A stretch of DNA of 64,000 nucleotides from Eledone cirrhosa (GCA_964016885.1 OZ024749.1:18476001-18540000); one strand, 5' to 3'; numbered from the stretch's first letter, positions 46,191 to 61,121 are shown. The notes: generated by a model not told the origin, from the letters alone. Numbers and translations are program-made.

Positions 46191-47016
46191 TATTTTCTTG
46201 ATATATTTCTTTTTTCTTTTTCTTTTCTTTTCTTTTTATTTCTAAGTTTATAGATACATCTATAAATAAGCAGTCTGCCCAAACAGTTGAATACTGACCT
46301 CTCCCCCCCTCCCACCTAATTTCTGTATCTTGATCTAAATGTGTGTGGCAGTGTTTATGTGAGTGAATTAATATCCATGTGCTTATGATAATATTATATC
46401 CACATATATATGTGTGTGAGGGTGTGTGTGTGTATGTATGTTCGTAATTATGTGTATGTTTATGCATATACGCGCGCGTGTGTGTGAGTGTACGGATATG
46501 TGTGAGTATGAGAATATGTGTATACACTTATTTCATATTTATGTGTCTATACGCATTTTATCTGTGGATTATAAGCTTACAGAGACATTAGCCTTGAATT
46601 TTTGTATTTGCATACATCTTTTTGGCATGCGTATGCATGTTGAGCATATATCTTTGTATAAATATGTGTACGGGGTTAGTTACATGTATATACACACACC
46701 AAACTGCATAAAACTTTTTGTATTTTCATTGGTCAATTTTGAACTCCGTTCCCAAACGGACCTGAAATTTTGAATTGTTGTTAATATCAATAAATATATT
46801 TCATTATTTCTGAAGACGGCATATATGTGTGTTTGGTATGTATATTTAATCTTGATAGTTTGTATAATTTTGTATAATTTTGTACATAGATCTGTTGAAT
46901 ATGCATGCCAATTCTAACACATATATATCCTAGAAACGATCGTTAAATAATGAACTTTTTTTGTTTAATATAAGGAACTGTTTCATTGTTTTATTCATTA
47001 TTTGTTTAATATTTTA
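37005..47016. mobile_element. Family A copy A3: inverted 3'UTR arm (37005-40586, minus) plus near full-length plus arm (40588-47016)
   Basis: The left arm starts at the canonical end and is the reverse complement of 43563-47016. The plus arm has a short upstream pLTR (40588-40684), 5'UTR, ORF and ~3.8-kb 3'UTR. HHRs at 37205-37355 (-) and 46802-46952 (+). Confidence 0.92.
40837..43232 (+). pseudogene. Nearly complete family A RT + GIY-YIG ORF with one ~46-bp deletion
   Basis: ORFs 40816..41754 and 41766..43232; comparison with A2 (21271-21316) shows loss of the RT motif [11 protein letters not shown] at ~41753. Confidence 0.92.
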
Positions 47017-47031
47017 TATATAAATATATAT

Positions 47032-47186
<155 letters not shown>

Positions 47187-47227
47187 AATATATATATATA
47201 TAAATATACATATATATATATATATAA

Positions 47228-47336
<109 letters not shown>

Positions 47337-47341
47337 AATAC

Positions 47342-47390
<49 letters not shown>

Positions 47391-47416
47391 TATATATATA
47401 AATATATATATATATA

Positions 47417-47490
<74 letters not shown>

Positions 47491-47549
47491 TATATATATA
47501 AATATATATATATATAAATATATATATATAAATATATATATATATAAAT

Positions 47550-47584
<35 letters not shown>

Positions 47585-47625
47585 CATAAATATATATATA
47601 TATATATAAATATATATATATAAAT

Positions 47626-47660
<35 letters not shown>

Positions 47661-47661
47661 C

Positions 47662-47749
<88 letters not shown>

Positions 47750-49406
47750 ATACTTTGGGAGGGTCATGTTGCCAATAAGAAACACACACACCAGTTGCTT
47801 TCACTTCAATTTATTATATATTTATAAATTGACAAATTTACAAACTTATAAATTTCTGGTTGGTTGGTTGGTTCCACAACCAGATAGTTGTTTATTTATA
47901 TAGTCATAGTCCTTTCGTCACACACTCTGTGACCTCTTCAGTGACTGGGGATTCCTTTCTTCGTTTCTGTGCCTTTCCTTTCTTCTATCCTACGCCATTT
48001 TGTTTCTGTGTGTGTGTTGTGTGCTCAGTTTGCGCATGCGCCACATCCGGGTGTCTGTGTGTGTTTGTGTTCATTTATCTATTTGTTTATTTATTTATTT
48101 GTTTATTGTTGGTTGGTTGTTTGTTCTATGTGTGTGTGTGTTTTCATTTTGTCCTGTGTGTGTTTTCATTTTGTGTGTGCTTTCATTTTGTCCTTAATTG
48201 TAAGTTGTTTGTTCTATGTGTGTGTGTGTTTTCATTTTGTCCTTAATTGTAAGTTGTGATGTTGCTGTTCCACTCATATTTTCTATTTAATTTTGGTTTT
48301 AATTCTTTTATGCTTACTGCCTCTGTAATTTGCCTAAACATTGCGTCTTTTCTGTGTGTGGATTCTATTTTTATTTCTACGCTCTCTAATCTACCCGTGT
48401 TCTATCTTAGCATGTTGGTAGAGCACAGATGATTCTTTAATATCTTGGAGGTCTCGCCAGTGTTCATTTATTCGTTCCCCTATACTACGAGCTGTCTCAC
48501 CTATGTACACTATATTTTTGTTTCTACATTGTCCTTCAGTACATCTTATGCTATACACTACATTTCTAGTTTTACAGTTAATATGGGGGCTTATTTTACA
48601 GGTTATACATTTCTTATCTATACATGAGGGTCTTTGGAACGGGTATGTCTTGCTAATAAGTGTTTTTACGGAGGTACCAGGTCTTTCTACTATCTTAATA
48701 TTGAGATTATGTTTATTTAGGGCCCTTCTAAATTTGTCGGCTAGTTCGCCTCTAGGGGTTGTATTGATGAACATTACACTCTGGTATTTATTGCTATCAT
48801 ACCATGAGTTTATTCTATTGGCCTTGTTCCTAGTTCTTTCTATTCTATTCCAAAATTTGCTCCTATACAAGGGGCAGGTCCCATTTGTGTCATTATTTAC
48901 CATTTTTTCCCATTTGGTTCTGGCTCCTTTATACACTCTGATTCTATCTCTCTGATTGTAGCCAGAGAACTGCATACGGTGGATGAAGTGTTGTATGTGT
49001 CTCTCTAGTTCTTCGGGGTTGCACATGCGGGACACATTTCTCATCACCCGTACCAAATCCGCAATCAGTATGTTGATTTTGGTATGGTCCGAAATGGCCG
49101 AGTTTCGGTGGATCAGATGTTTGACGAAAGGACTATGACTATATATAAACAACTATCTGGTTGTGGAACCAACCAACCAACCAGAAATTTATAAGTTTGT
49201 AAATTTGTAAATTTATAAATTTATAAATATATAATAAATTGAAGTGAAAGCAACTGGTGCGTGTGTTTCTTATTGGCAACATGACCCTCCCAAAGTATAA
49301 CAATATCGGTTTCAACACACGATTTCAGATAAAGAATCTTGCTAAACAAATTCAGAAACGAAATATCGTAAGCCTTAGCCAGGCTAACAAGATACTGAAA
49401 ACCACC

Positions 49407-52400
49407 ATGTTCTGTTGTCTACGAAAAACCATAACATCTCGACAACTACGCTTCATAAAACTGTGCACCACTTCTAGAATCTACACCGACGTTAGAAGAT
49501 TACAACATCAATACCGACGTTAGAAGATTACAACTCACCAAAAAACAAGCAGATAGGCTAAAACGAACTTTAATTCTAAACATAAAAAAGAAGATCTATA
49601 GAGAATTAAGTCATCAAGAAAAACTAAAGCGTAACCTAATACAAGAAATAGCTAAAATCACCACACCAGCAGAAAAACTAATATTTATAAGCCTTATACG
49701 CCCCGAAGAACAGTACATTACTCAAGAATGTGATAAGCACTTTAACAGAAAACTAAAGTGGCTTAAACAGGCAAAGCTAAATCGGGATACTATAGAGTAT
49801 ACCAATAGATATCCCGACAAAATTGACGGTATCAACATGGTCGACACCTCATTATCAGAAGAGTTCAACAACGAAAATACCAACATTTATGGAACACGGA
49901 AATAGATAATAATGAAATGTCTGTGTTACGTCTGCCACCCAAATTTGCGACATTCAAGAAGGTAAATATGATTAGTTGTCTGTCAGAAATAGAAAAATCA
50001 TTTACAAAACTACGCTGGACGATCAAAAACAAAAGCAACAATATACGCACACACATATACAACACACATCCCAACAACAACAGACACACAGACACAAACA
50101 ACAATAACAACAACAACAACAACAATAGCAACATACCCAGATACAATAACAACAGACACGCAGACACAAACAACAATAACAACACACACAACAACGATAA
50201 CACACACGGAGACAACAATAACAACAACACACACATCAACAACAACAATAGCAACATACCCAGATACAACAACAACAGACACGCAGACACAAACAACAAT
50301 AACAACACACACAACAACGATAACACACACACACACGGAGACAACAACAACACACATCAACAACAACACACATCAACAACAACAACACACACGCATTCAA
50401 TGCCTGTCACCACCACCACAATCTTAACAAACACACAGACACAGAAAACAAGTAATGACAGTAGCACAGAAATCAGTGAAATAAGAGAAAGTAATAGGAT
50501 TAAAAGGAAAAGGAGATGGGAGACTAAGGACAAAGAGAATAACCAAGACGAACACACAGACACACAAAAAATAGGGTAGATAACAACATTGAGCCAGTGG
50601 AAAGAGACAGGAGTAATTATGAGAGACATAGAAACAACCATGAGGCTGTTGGTGGAAATAGAAATAGAAACAACACAACTAACAATAATAATAGCACTAG
50701 TACACATAAAGCAGCAGCCTGGAACTCTCCGTTTTATAACCCCTCCGATAAATCATTCGACCTACGACGAGTCCACGCCACGACTTTGCCATTTAACAAA
50801 CGCACGCAGTTGCCGTCGCAGGTCGATGAACAAACAGAAGCACAATTTAGTGTAGCTAAATCCGAACTTAGAAATATTATAGAACAGTATAGCAAGAAGC
50901 ATAATTGAATAGAAGCCCAGCAACTGGGAGAAGTATCTGCAAATGGCTTGCGTAAGCTCATGCAGCGCTCGCGTAATGGAGAGATAGCATGTTTTCCAAC
51001 AGACAAGTCTGGCAGAATGTCGGTTGACAGCCTGCCAAACTACATCCAGGCAATGCAACCCCACATCACTAACACAAGAGAGGTAACACCACAGGAGCAT
51101 GAGGATAGAGAAAAAGCCCTCGATGCCCATATGGTGATGTGGACGAATATAATGCAGCCCAACAAAAGGACTGCCAACAACTTCCAGGCCTGGAACAATG
51201 ACGTGCCGGCGTTGTATGGGCTTCGAAAAGACCATAAAACGGGCTGGGACCCTGTCGCGGGATCACCAACACGGCCAGTCTGTGGGGCTAACATTGCTAG
51301 TAACTACAGACTGTCCTACTTCCTCTCCCTGATCATACGCCCCATCATTGAGATGTCCCCAGATGTGTGTGACAGCACGGAGGACCTCCTCAGCAGAATC
51401 GGCGCGGGTAACCGATCTGGGGACCTAACAAACTGCATAATAGGCAGTATGCATGTTGTGTCCCTGTATCCATCTATTGACGTGGATTTTGCTGTGGAGA
51501 AATGCGTAGAAATGATCAGCAAGAGCAAGGTTGAGTTCCGTGGGATTGATACCAGTGAGCTGGGACTTTTACTTAAGCTTACCCATAGTAATAGTTACCT
51601 AGACACTTATGACCTTAGCAACCTGTGCCCTACAAGACCAGCAAGAGGCAGACCACCTACCATTACCTCAATGGCCAAGAAAACCCACACAGATAGATGG
51701 AACGGGTGGACCAGAGCCATACGGACACCCGAAAACCACGATGAACTGAAGAAAATGATTGCACATGCGGTAGGGGCCAGCATAAAATTAACCCTTAAGG
51801 AACATATGTTCAAATTTAATGGTAAAACATATGCCCAAGAGGAAGGAGCAGCCATTGGTGTTAGCATTGCAGGCGACACAGCTAACTTATTCATGGTATG
51901 GTGGGACAGTAGACTTAAACAAAAACTTAATGAACAATTAGAAGACAGCTTAACCCTGATAATGTACTCCCGCTACGTAGATGATATAAACATCGTAGTT
52001 AAGACACCCCCACTAAAGAACAGTCAGGAACTAGAGAAAAACACAATGGAAAGCATCCAGCAAATAGCAAACTCCATCCACCAGAGCATTAGAGTTACTA
52101 TAGACTACCCAAGTAGACACCCCAACCATCGATTACCTGTACTAGACACAGAGCTCTGGTTAGATACCATTAACAACCAAAAACAAATCCTCCATTCCAA
52201 TTATGCCAAACCCATGACTTCCAAACATCTGATCCACCGAAACTCGGCCATTTCGGACCATACCAAAATCAACATACTGATTGCGGATTTGGTACGGGTG
52301 ATGAGAAATGTGTCCCGCATGTGCAACCCCGAAGAACTAGAGAGACACATACAACACTTCATCCACCGTATGCAGTTCTCTGGCTACAATCAGAGAGATA

Positions 52401-53097
52401 GAATCAGAGTGTATAAAGGAGCCAGAACCAAATGGGAAAACATGGTAAATAATGACATAAATGGGACCTGCCCCTTGTATAGGAGCAAATTTTGGAATAG
52501 AATAGAAAGAACTAGGAACAAGGCCAATAGAATAAACTCATGGTATGATAGCAATAAATACCAGAGTGTAATGTTCATCAATACAACCCCTAGAGGCGAA
52601 CTAGCCGACAAATTTAGAAGGGCCCTAAATAAACATAATCTCAATATTAAGATAGTAGAAAGACCTGGTACCTCCGTAAAAACACTTATTAGCAAGACAT
52701 ACCCGTTCCAAAGACCCTCATGTATAGATAAGAAATGTATAACCTGTAAAATAAGCCCCCATATTAACTGTAAAACTAGAAATGTAAAACTAGATGTACT
52801 GAAGGACAATGTAGAAACAAAAATATAGTGTACATAGGTGAGACAGCTCGTAGTATAGGGGAACGAATAAATGAACACTGGCGAGACCTCCAAGATAATA
52901 AAGAATCATCTGTGCTCTACCAACATGCTAAGATAGAACACAGGGGTAGATTAGAGAGCATAGAAATAAAAATAGAATCCACACACAGAAAAGACGCAAT
53001 GTTTAGGCAAATTACAGAGGCAGTAAGCATAAAAGAATTAAAACCAAAATTAAATAGAAAATATGAGTGGAACAGCAACATCACAACTTACAATTAA
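49407..53097 (+). pseudogene. Family D RT + GIY-YIG ORF, disrupted
   Basis: N-terminal QLRFIKLC, then PTDKSGR, YGLRKDHK, RPVCGA, SLYPSI, QEEGAAIG, YSRYVDD, CIDKKCITC and YIGETARSIGERINEH. Broken by a 28-bp duplication (~49485-49535), a frameshift near 50570, TGA at 50906 and an indel near 52787. Confidence 0.88.
50055..50395 (+). repeat. Asn/Thr/His-coding AAC-rich repeat with ~123-bp internal duplication inside ORF D
   Basis: NSNIPRYNNNRHADTNNNNNTHNNDNTH occurs twice. Confidence 0.85.
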
Positions 53098-53371
53098 GGA
53101 CAAAATGAAAACACACACACACATAGAACAAACAACTTACAATTAAGGACAAGATGAAAACACACACAAAATGAAAACACACACACACATAGAACAAACA
53201 ACCAACCAACAATAAACAAATAAATAAATAAACAAATAGATAAATGAACACAAACACACACAGACACCCGGATGTGGCGCATGCGCAAACTGAGCACACA
53301 ACACACACACAGAAACAAAATGGCGTAGGATAGAAGAGAGGAAAGGCACAGAAACGAAGAAAGGAATCCCC

Positions 53372-53416
53372 AGTCACTGAAGAGGTCACATAGTGTGTGA
53401 CGAAAGGACTATGACT
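53372..53416 (+). ncRNA. Type-I HHR of family D (mirror copy 47902-47946, minus strand)
   Basis: AGTCA-CTGAAGA-GGTCACATAGTGTGTGAC-GAAA-GGAC-TA-TGACT. Confidence 0.8.
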
Positions 53417-53640
53417 ATATATAAACAACTATCTGGTTGTGGAACCAACCAACCAACCAGAAATTTATAAGTTTGTAAATTTGTAAATTTATAAATTTAT
53501 AAATATATAATAAATTGAAGTGAAAGCAACTGGCGCGTGTGTTTTTTATTGGCAACATGACCCTCCCAAAGTATAACAATATCGGTTTCAACACACGATT
53601 TCAGATAAAGAATCTTGCTAAACAAATTCAGAAACGAAAT

Positions 53641-53677
<37 letters not shown>

Positions 53678-53678
53678 A

Positions 53679-53709
<31 letters not shown>

Positions 53710-53710
53710 A

Positions 53711-53799
<89 letters not shown>

Positions 53800-53814
53800 T
53801 ATATATAAATATAT

Positions 53815-53845
<31 letters not shown>

Positions 53846-53864
53846 AGTATATATAAATATATAT

Positions 53865-53903
<39 letters not shown>

Positions 53904-53912
53904 AGTATATAT

Positions 53913-53945
<33 letters not shown>

Positions 53946-53947
53946 TA

Positions 53948-54003
<56 letters not shown>

Positions 54004-54021
54004 AATACATATATATATATA

Positions 54022-54195
<174 letters not shown>

Positions 54196-54356
54196 AATAT
54201 ATATATAAATATATATAAATATATATAAATATATATATAAATATATATAAATATATATAAATATATATAAATATATATATAAATATACATAAATATATAT
54301 ATATATATATATATAAATATATATATATAAATATATATAAATATATATATATATAT

Positions 54357-54407
54357 TGTGCCGTACTAAGAGTGAGAAATGAAATTTCGTTTCATTCTAT
54401 TCCATTT
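54357..54407 (+). mobile_element. ~50-bp 3'-terminal fragment of an R1-like element
   Basis: GTGCCGTACTAAGAGTGAGAAATGAAATTTCGTTTCATT matches 13649-13690 and lies within (TA)n. Confidence 0.8.
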
Positions 54408-54423
54408 ATATATATATAAATAT

Positions 54424-54480
<57 letters not shown>

Positions 54481-54499
54481 CAAATATATATATATAAAT

Positions 54500-54720
<221 letters not shown>

Positions 54721-54761
54721 CATATATATACATATATATATATATATATACATATATATAC

Positions 54762-54914
<153 letters not shown>

Positions 54915-54921
54915 AATATAT

Positions 54922-57900
54922 AAGAATTAAAATACTAGAGTGCGTTGGAGTTAAACACACTCGTCGTATTATAGAAATGACAGTATACGAATATAGCTCG
55001 ATGTAATATAATAGAGCCGAAAAGTTTTATAAAATAAACAAAGAGGCCTTCAATACATCAAAAGTCTTTATTAGCCAACAATGTTTCGTCCCATTAATAA
55101 GGACTCATCAGGGCAAGCAAAGACACAAGAAGCATTAACGGCCAGAACAAGCCAAAACTCAGAAGAATAGGGAATTTATATTTTTGAAAGCTTAGGAGAG
55201 ATATCAAGGAAAAGCATGCTAAACCTACAAGTGTGCAGTTACATATATAGACTATAGGGCATGAAAGCGAGTAACATGTCAAAACTACGTTGAAAATACA
55301 GTATGATACAATTACATGGAACACAACATGGTAATATAATGTGAGAATTACAATATGATATTGAATACAATACAATGGATAATAAGGAATAAAAAGGAAT
55401 AAAAAGCTTAATATATGTATATATATATATATATCCATATATATACACATTTACACATACTAACACTTATTAAGTATTTAAGTATAAATATACTCGTTTT
55501 AATATAAAAAACCTTTATAATAGAATAAACCAACCACCCTGAGGTTGTGCATAAACAATACAGAAAACAATAGAATAGAATAATATACTGACATTAAAAA
55601 ACATATAAAACTACATCATACATATTATTTAAGGTCAATAAATTGTATATAAAGTTTTTCACAGGGTAAGAAAAAATATTATACAAAACTAGAGTATGTT
55701 GAAAATATATATATAAATACATGTAGTATCGACAATAAACACTTTACATTCATAAAATATTACAAAATATTACAAAACAGTACCTCAAATATCTGACATA
55801 TATTAATATCGATAATTCAATTACATAAAAATAATATGATATATCAATGTTAATAATATAATAGCAGACAGACAGAGTCAATGGAAAATGCTTAAGACAT
55901 ATTTACGTGATTTAAATAGGGAGACATATCATGATACAATAACATATGATAGGAAGACAGACAGCAGCATGTGGTAGTAAAAAAATAAATTAAATAAAAC
56001 GAAGGACAAAAACAAAAACCAAAAAACAAGCACAGTTACGTAGGTATTAAGTCGTTAGGTGAATATAGATGAGAGAATTGAATAGAAAACCTTATTAAAT
56101 TAATTGATAATAAAATTAGTTAAAATATATTATTGGTCACTTCAAATGGAATAAAGTTTAAGTCATCAAAGTCGTATAAAATTAAGATATTTCAATAAAA
56201 ACCATCAAGATAAAATTACGTTCAGTTCAGACGGATTACGTTATCAAAGAAAAAACTCTAAATAAAACTATGGTAGACCAATGGGAACAGAAAGAAGTGA
56301 AACTATGGAGGATAGGAATGAGCATAAAAGTAAAATTTATATATAATATATTATATATTAAAAAGGACGAATATTAAGTGTGGAAAGGAGGAGGTATATT
56401 AGTTTTAGATGTAGGAGACTCAAAATTAAACTATTCAATAAGGTACAAACTTATAAGGCGATAATAGTGAGTAAAAAAGTAAAACTGTATAAGATGATAG
56501 ATAGGGTAAGGTAGCTAATAAGACTATGAAAACTAAAATCGAAAAACCGTAGAAAACTAATAATAATGGTAATATTAATGAACTAAAACCTAAGATATAA
56601 GGAAAAATAGCAGCTAATGGATACGGTTTAAACCACCAGAATTTTAGGTCTATAATAGAAGAAAAAATTAGAAATGGCATGCGGACAGGAAGAAAATATT
56701 TCAGATTTTCTATTAAGCAATAAGTTCCTAGAGAAAATTATAGAGTGGCTCTCTAGGATACAAAGATTACAGAATTTAGTGTGTTGGTAGGTGATTAGAG
56801 TGTGCTACTATTCGCCAATTTAGGCTAAATGGTATACCAGCCCCTTTTAAATCCCATATATGGTGTGCCAAAGAAGTAGAGTTCTTAAACTTGATATGCT
56901 TAAAATTAGAAATATGTGAATTAAACCTAGTCTTAAAAGTATTAGATGTGGAGCCTATATATGTGCTACAAGAAGAATTAGTCTTAACTTCACATGCATA
57001 AACAATGTTCCTAGAGAGGCAGTGACCATTTAAAGGGCAGTTATTACTTAATCTACAGTTACATTTCCGGGTACTAGTGACTCGCTGACTACGCGATGTA
57101 TTATTCCTAGGGTTATTATAAGATAAGATCTGCTCGGGTGGTAAGTTATTAATAGAGCTATCTAGATTAGTAGTACGCAAAGAGGAGTAGCTGTCCCTAA
57201 TTTTCCTATTGTTAGTACTAGCTAGATGAGAATTAATGTTAGTGGTGGTAGAGAAGGAAAGTTTAATTACATTCTTATTAAAGATACCATGATACTTATT
57301 AGTAGGAGGGAAATTTTCTCTAAAATAGAAAAGAAAGACCTAGGGATATTAGTTAATACTTCCTGATAATAAGGCGGGTTAAAGTAAGTATTGAGTCTCC
57401 TCCTATTCTTACTTTTACTATCCCTACCGTATCTTATTAATAGGATCCGGGTTAATACGAGGACCAGTTGAATTAACACTATTAGAAGCAGTTAAAACAT
57501 TACCACTGGGTGAACGTTCAGAGCGCCTATCCTGTTCATTAGAACTAATCTCGAAACGCGTACCATTAGACTCACTATTACGATTACTATTTCGGTAGCT
57601 AAACTTAGGGTTCGGTTTGGATATATCTATAAGATTTCTATGATTCCTATACTTTCTACTCTTATTCAAGGCCATATTATGGGATATTACGTTATTATGG
57701 GTAATTGGAGTCATTCCAAGGTTGTCCTCCTTATAATGTATTCTACCAGAGTAACAAGAGTTAGCTAGGGCATTATTATAATACTCTGCATGCGAATTAA
57801 AGATTCCTATATCCTTAGAGAGTGTAGAGATTCTATTAGAAACACCATTAATTATAGAACTAATCATAGATTTAGGGTGGTTGGAATTAGGATTAACGTA

Positions 57901-58990
57901 AGAGAGTGTCTCATTTGGCTTGTGGAAGGGTTTATAACTATTAGTGACCAAGTCTAATGTCACATCTAAAAAGTTAACCGCTCTATCATTCTTATCAATC
58001 GTGATCGAAAGGTTAAAATTTGTTTAAAATGTATAAAGCTTTTTCCTATTATGCTCAATGTTATTAGTGCTAGAGTGTATCACAAACAATGCATCGTCAC
58101 GATAGAGTCCCCCTTTAAGGTGCGGAAAGCTAACATACAGTTCGTTCAAGAGGAAAAGCCCAACAAGATCAGTTACCTGCGCCGAATCACTCGAACCCAT
58201 TGTAACGTCAAAGTTGTTGGGTGTGTTTTTACGCGTCCAAAGTGTATCTTCGAATTTGATGATAGTCCTACGGGCGGCTAGTATAACATCAATCTGGGGT
58301 CGCGTAAGACTAGACATTCGCATGGCCATAATTAAGGCTTTATTAAGGGGGATAGGTGAAATTGACGTGTAATAGGCGTCAATATCAAACTGGATAAACC
58401 TATTAGACTCAAGCTTATTAATACCAGAGAACCAATCAATAACATCCTTAGTATTCCCCCATAGATTAAAATGAACCTTTTCCCTAACGGTAGGTATAAT
58501 CAGGTCAATAATTTTCTTACTAATTATAGCTATATCAGACTTAGAAGGACTGATAAGTCTAACAGAAGGATTACTTATGAAGTCTACCTTATGATCCTGA
58601 AGTGTGAATCTCGGTTCCCTACGGTAATATGGTTGGGTATACTTATCAAGACCCAGATCAGAAACTATCTTGAGGCCCTCATTATTGATTTGATCCAAAT
58701 TATCCTGCGTAGTCTTTTTGTAATTTTTATGCAGCTCCTTATAAACAAAATTACGGTATGCAATATAATCCATAGAGTAAAGATTCTTAGTCTTGTCAGC
58801 CGGGACAAGAATAGACTTATTCCCTCTAAAATCCTTAACAATATTCTTAAGTTTAGACTGGAACCTGTCAAATTTATTATAGTTCCCATATTTATTATGC
58901 GGCTTATATTTTATATTTTTGACAAGAGAAAGTAAATCGTTCTCAAAATTATCTAATAGAACATTATGCGGTGGACTTTTATAAGTCTTG
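54922..58990 (-). mobile_element. Degraded Naiad-like PLE family E (related to B), 5'-truncated
   Basis: ORF pieces 58024-58990, 57424..57963, 57267..57479 and 56776..57180 are clearly similar to ORF B; ~1.7-kb 3'UTR. Confidence 0.9.
55073..55115 (-). ncRNA. Type-I HHR of family E
   Basis: GCC-CTGATGA-GTCCTTATTAATGGGAC-GAAA-CATTG-TT-GGC. Confidence 0.8.
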
Positions 58991-59222
58991 ATATATATAT
59001 ATATATATAAATATATATATAAATATATATATAAATATATATATAAATATATATATATAAATATATATATAAATATATATATAAATATATATATAAATAT
59101 ATATATAAATATATATATAAATATATATATAAATATATATATAAATATATATATATAAATATATATATAAATATATATATATAAATATATATATAAATAT
59201 ATATATAAATATATATATATAA

Positions 59223-59257
<35 letters not shown>

Positions 59258-59298
59258 AATATATATATAAATATATAAATATATATATAAATATATAA

Positions 59299-59651
<353 letters not shown>

Positions 59652-59654
59652 AAT

Positions 59655-61121
59655 ATAAAAACAAATAACGAAACGAAATTAAATTTCGCTTCGTTTGTAA
59701 CTCACTTTTGTATGACTGACGCTTAAACAATTAAGTTAAAAAAATTACATCTACATATGCATACTGAAATACTAGTGTGTATATGAATACACACACGTAT
59801 ACATATGTATATGTAACAAGTCTTTCACTGGTTGCTTTACTGTGAGCACCCAGCTATTCTGTATGTAAACACACAGACAAACCGGTTTTTAGAGTCATAC
59901 TGGTTTTTGAGGGAACACCTTCCCTCTATTCTCCAGAAAGCCAGACAAGGAATATTGAACTAATTTCGTTGTTGTTACAACTCATCAGCAATATTTACCT
60001 ATCTACCGGCCCTTCTGGAGAATTGTAAAAGCACATATCGTTATATGTTTTTTCTATGAAAATTAGTAGTGGGCAGACTAATTTGCATAGAGTGTGAGTA
60101 CGCACCGGTTCAGCGGAGACGATAAAAACAAATAACGAAACGAAATTAAATTTCGCTTCGTTTGTAACTCACTTTTGTATGACTGACGCTTAAACAATTA
60201 AGTTAAAAAAATTACATCTACATATGCATACTGAAATACTAGTGTGTATATGAATACACACACGTATACATATGTATATGTAACAAGTCTTTCACTGGTT
60301 GCTTTACTGTGAGCACCCAGCTATTCTGTATGTAAACACACAGACAAACCGGTTTTTAGAGTCATACTGGTTTTTGAGGGACACCTTCCCTCTATTCTCC
60401 AGAAAGCCAGACAAGGAATATTGAATTAGTTTCGTTGTTGTTACAACTCATCAGCAATATTTACCTATCTACCGGCCCTTCTGACTCTAAAAACCGGTTT
60501 GTCTGTGTGTTTACATACAGAATAGCTGGGTGCTCACAGTAAAGCAACCAGTGAAAGACTTGTTACATATACATATGTATACGTGTGTGTATTCATATAC
60601 ACACTAGTATTTCAGTATGCATATGTAGATGTAATTTTTTTAACTTAATTGTTTAAGCGTCAGTCATACAAAAGTGAGTTACAAACGAAGCGAAATTTAA
60701 TTTCGTTTCGTTATTTGTTTTTATCGTCTCCGCTGAACCGGTGCGTACTCACACTCTATGCAAATTAGTCTGCCCACTACTAATTTTCATAGAAAAAGCA
60801 TATAACGATATGTGCTTTTACAATTCTCCAGAAGGGCCGGTAGATAGGTAAATATTGCAGATGAGTTGTAACAACAACGAAACTAGTTCAATATTCCTTG
60901 TCTGGCTTTCTGGAGAATAGAGGGAAGGTGTTCCCTCAAAAACCAGTATGACTCTAAAAACCGGTTTGTCTGTGTGTTTACATACAGAATAGCTGGGTGC
61001 TCACAGTAAAGCAACCAGTGAAAGACTTGTTACATATACATATGTATACGTGTGTGTATTCATATACACACTAGTATTTCAGTATGCATATGTAGATGTA
61101 ATTTTTTTAACTTAATTGTTT
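59655..61121. mobile_element. R2: second retrozyme-like family, ~467-bp unit; ~1.8 units minus-sense (59655-60483) plus ~1.4 units inverted (60484-61121)
   Basis: ACAAATAACG at 59661 and 60128. HHRs at 59951-59995 (-), 60417-60461 (-) and 60851-60895 (+), consensus AATATTG-CTGATGA-GTTGTAACAACAAC-GAAA-CTAG-TT-CAATATT. Confidence 0.88.

Larger units (their letters stand above)
47744..53640. mobile_element. PLE family D (non-Naiad, Neptune-like): inverted arm 47744-49122 (-), plus arm 49122-53640 with upstream partial pLTR (49122-49365)
   Basis: 49122-49365 matches 53398-53640, and the minus arm duplicates ~52221-53582. Flanked by (TA)n. The clade call rests on the CxxxxCxxC linker motif and is tentative. 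Confidence 0.88.

Noticed and set aside
37005-47016. Long inverted repeats read as terminal inverted repeats of a DNA transposon, or direct repeats read as true LTRs
   Set aside because: The enclosed ORFs are PLE RT/GIY-YIG with no transposase, integrase or gag; the repeats are 3'UTR copies (pseudo-LTRs).
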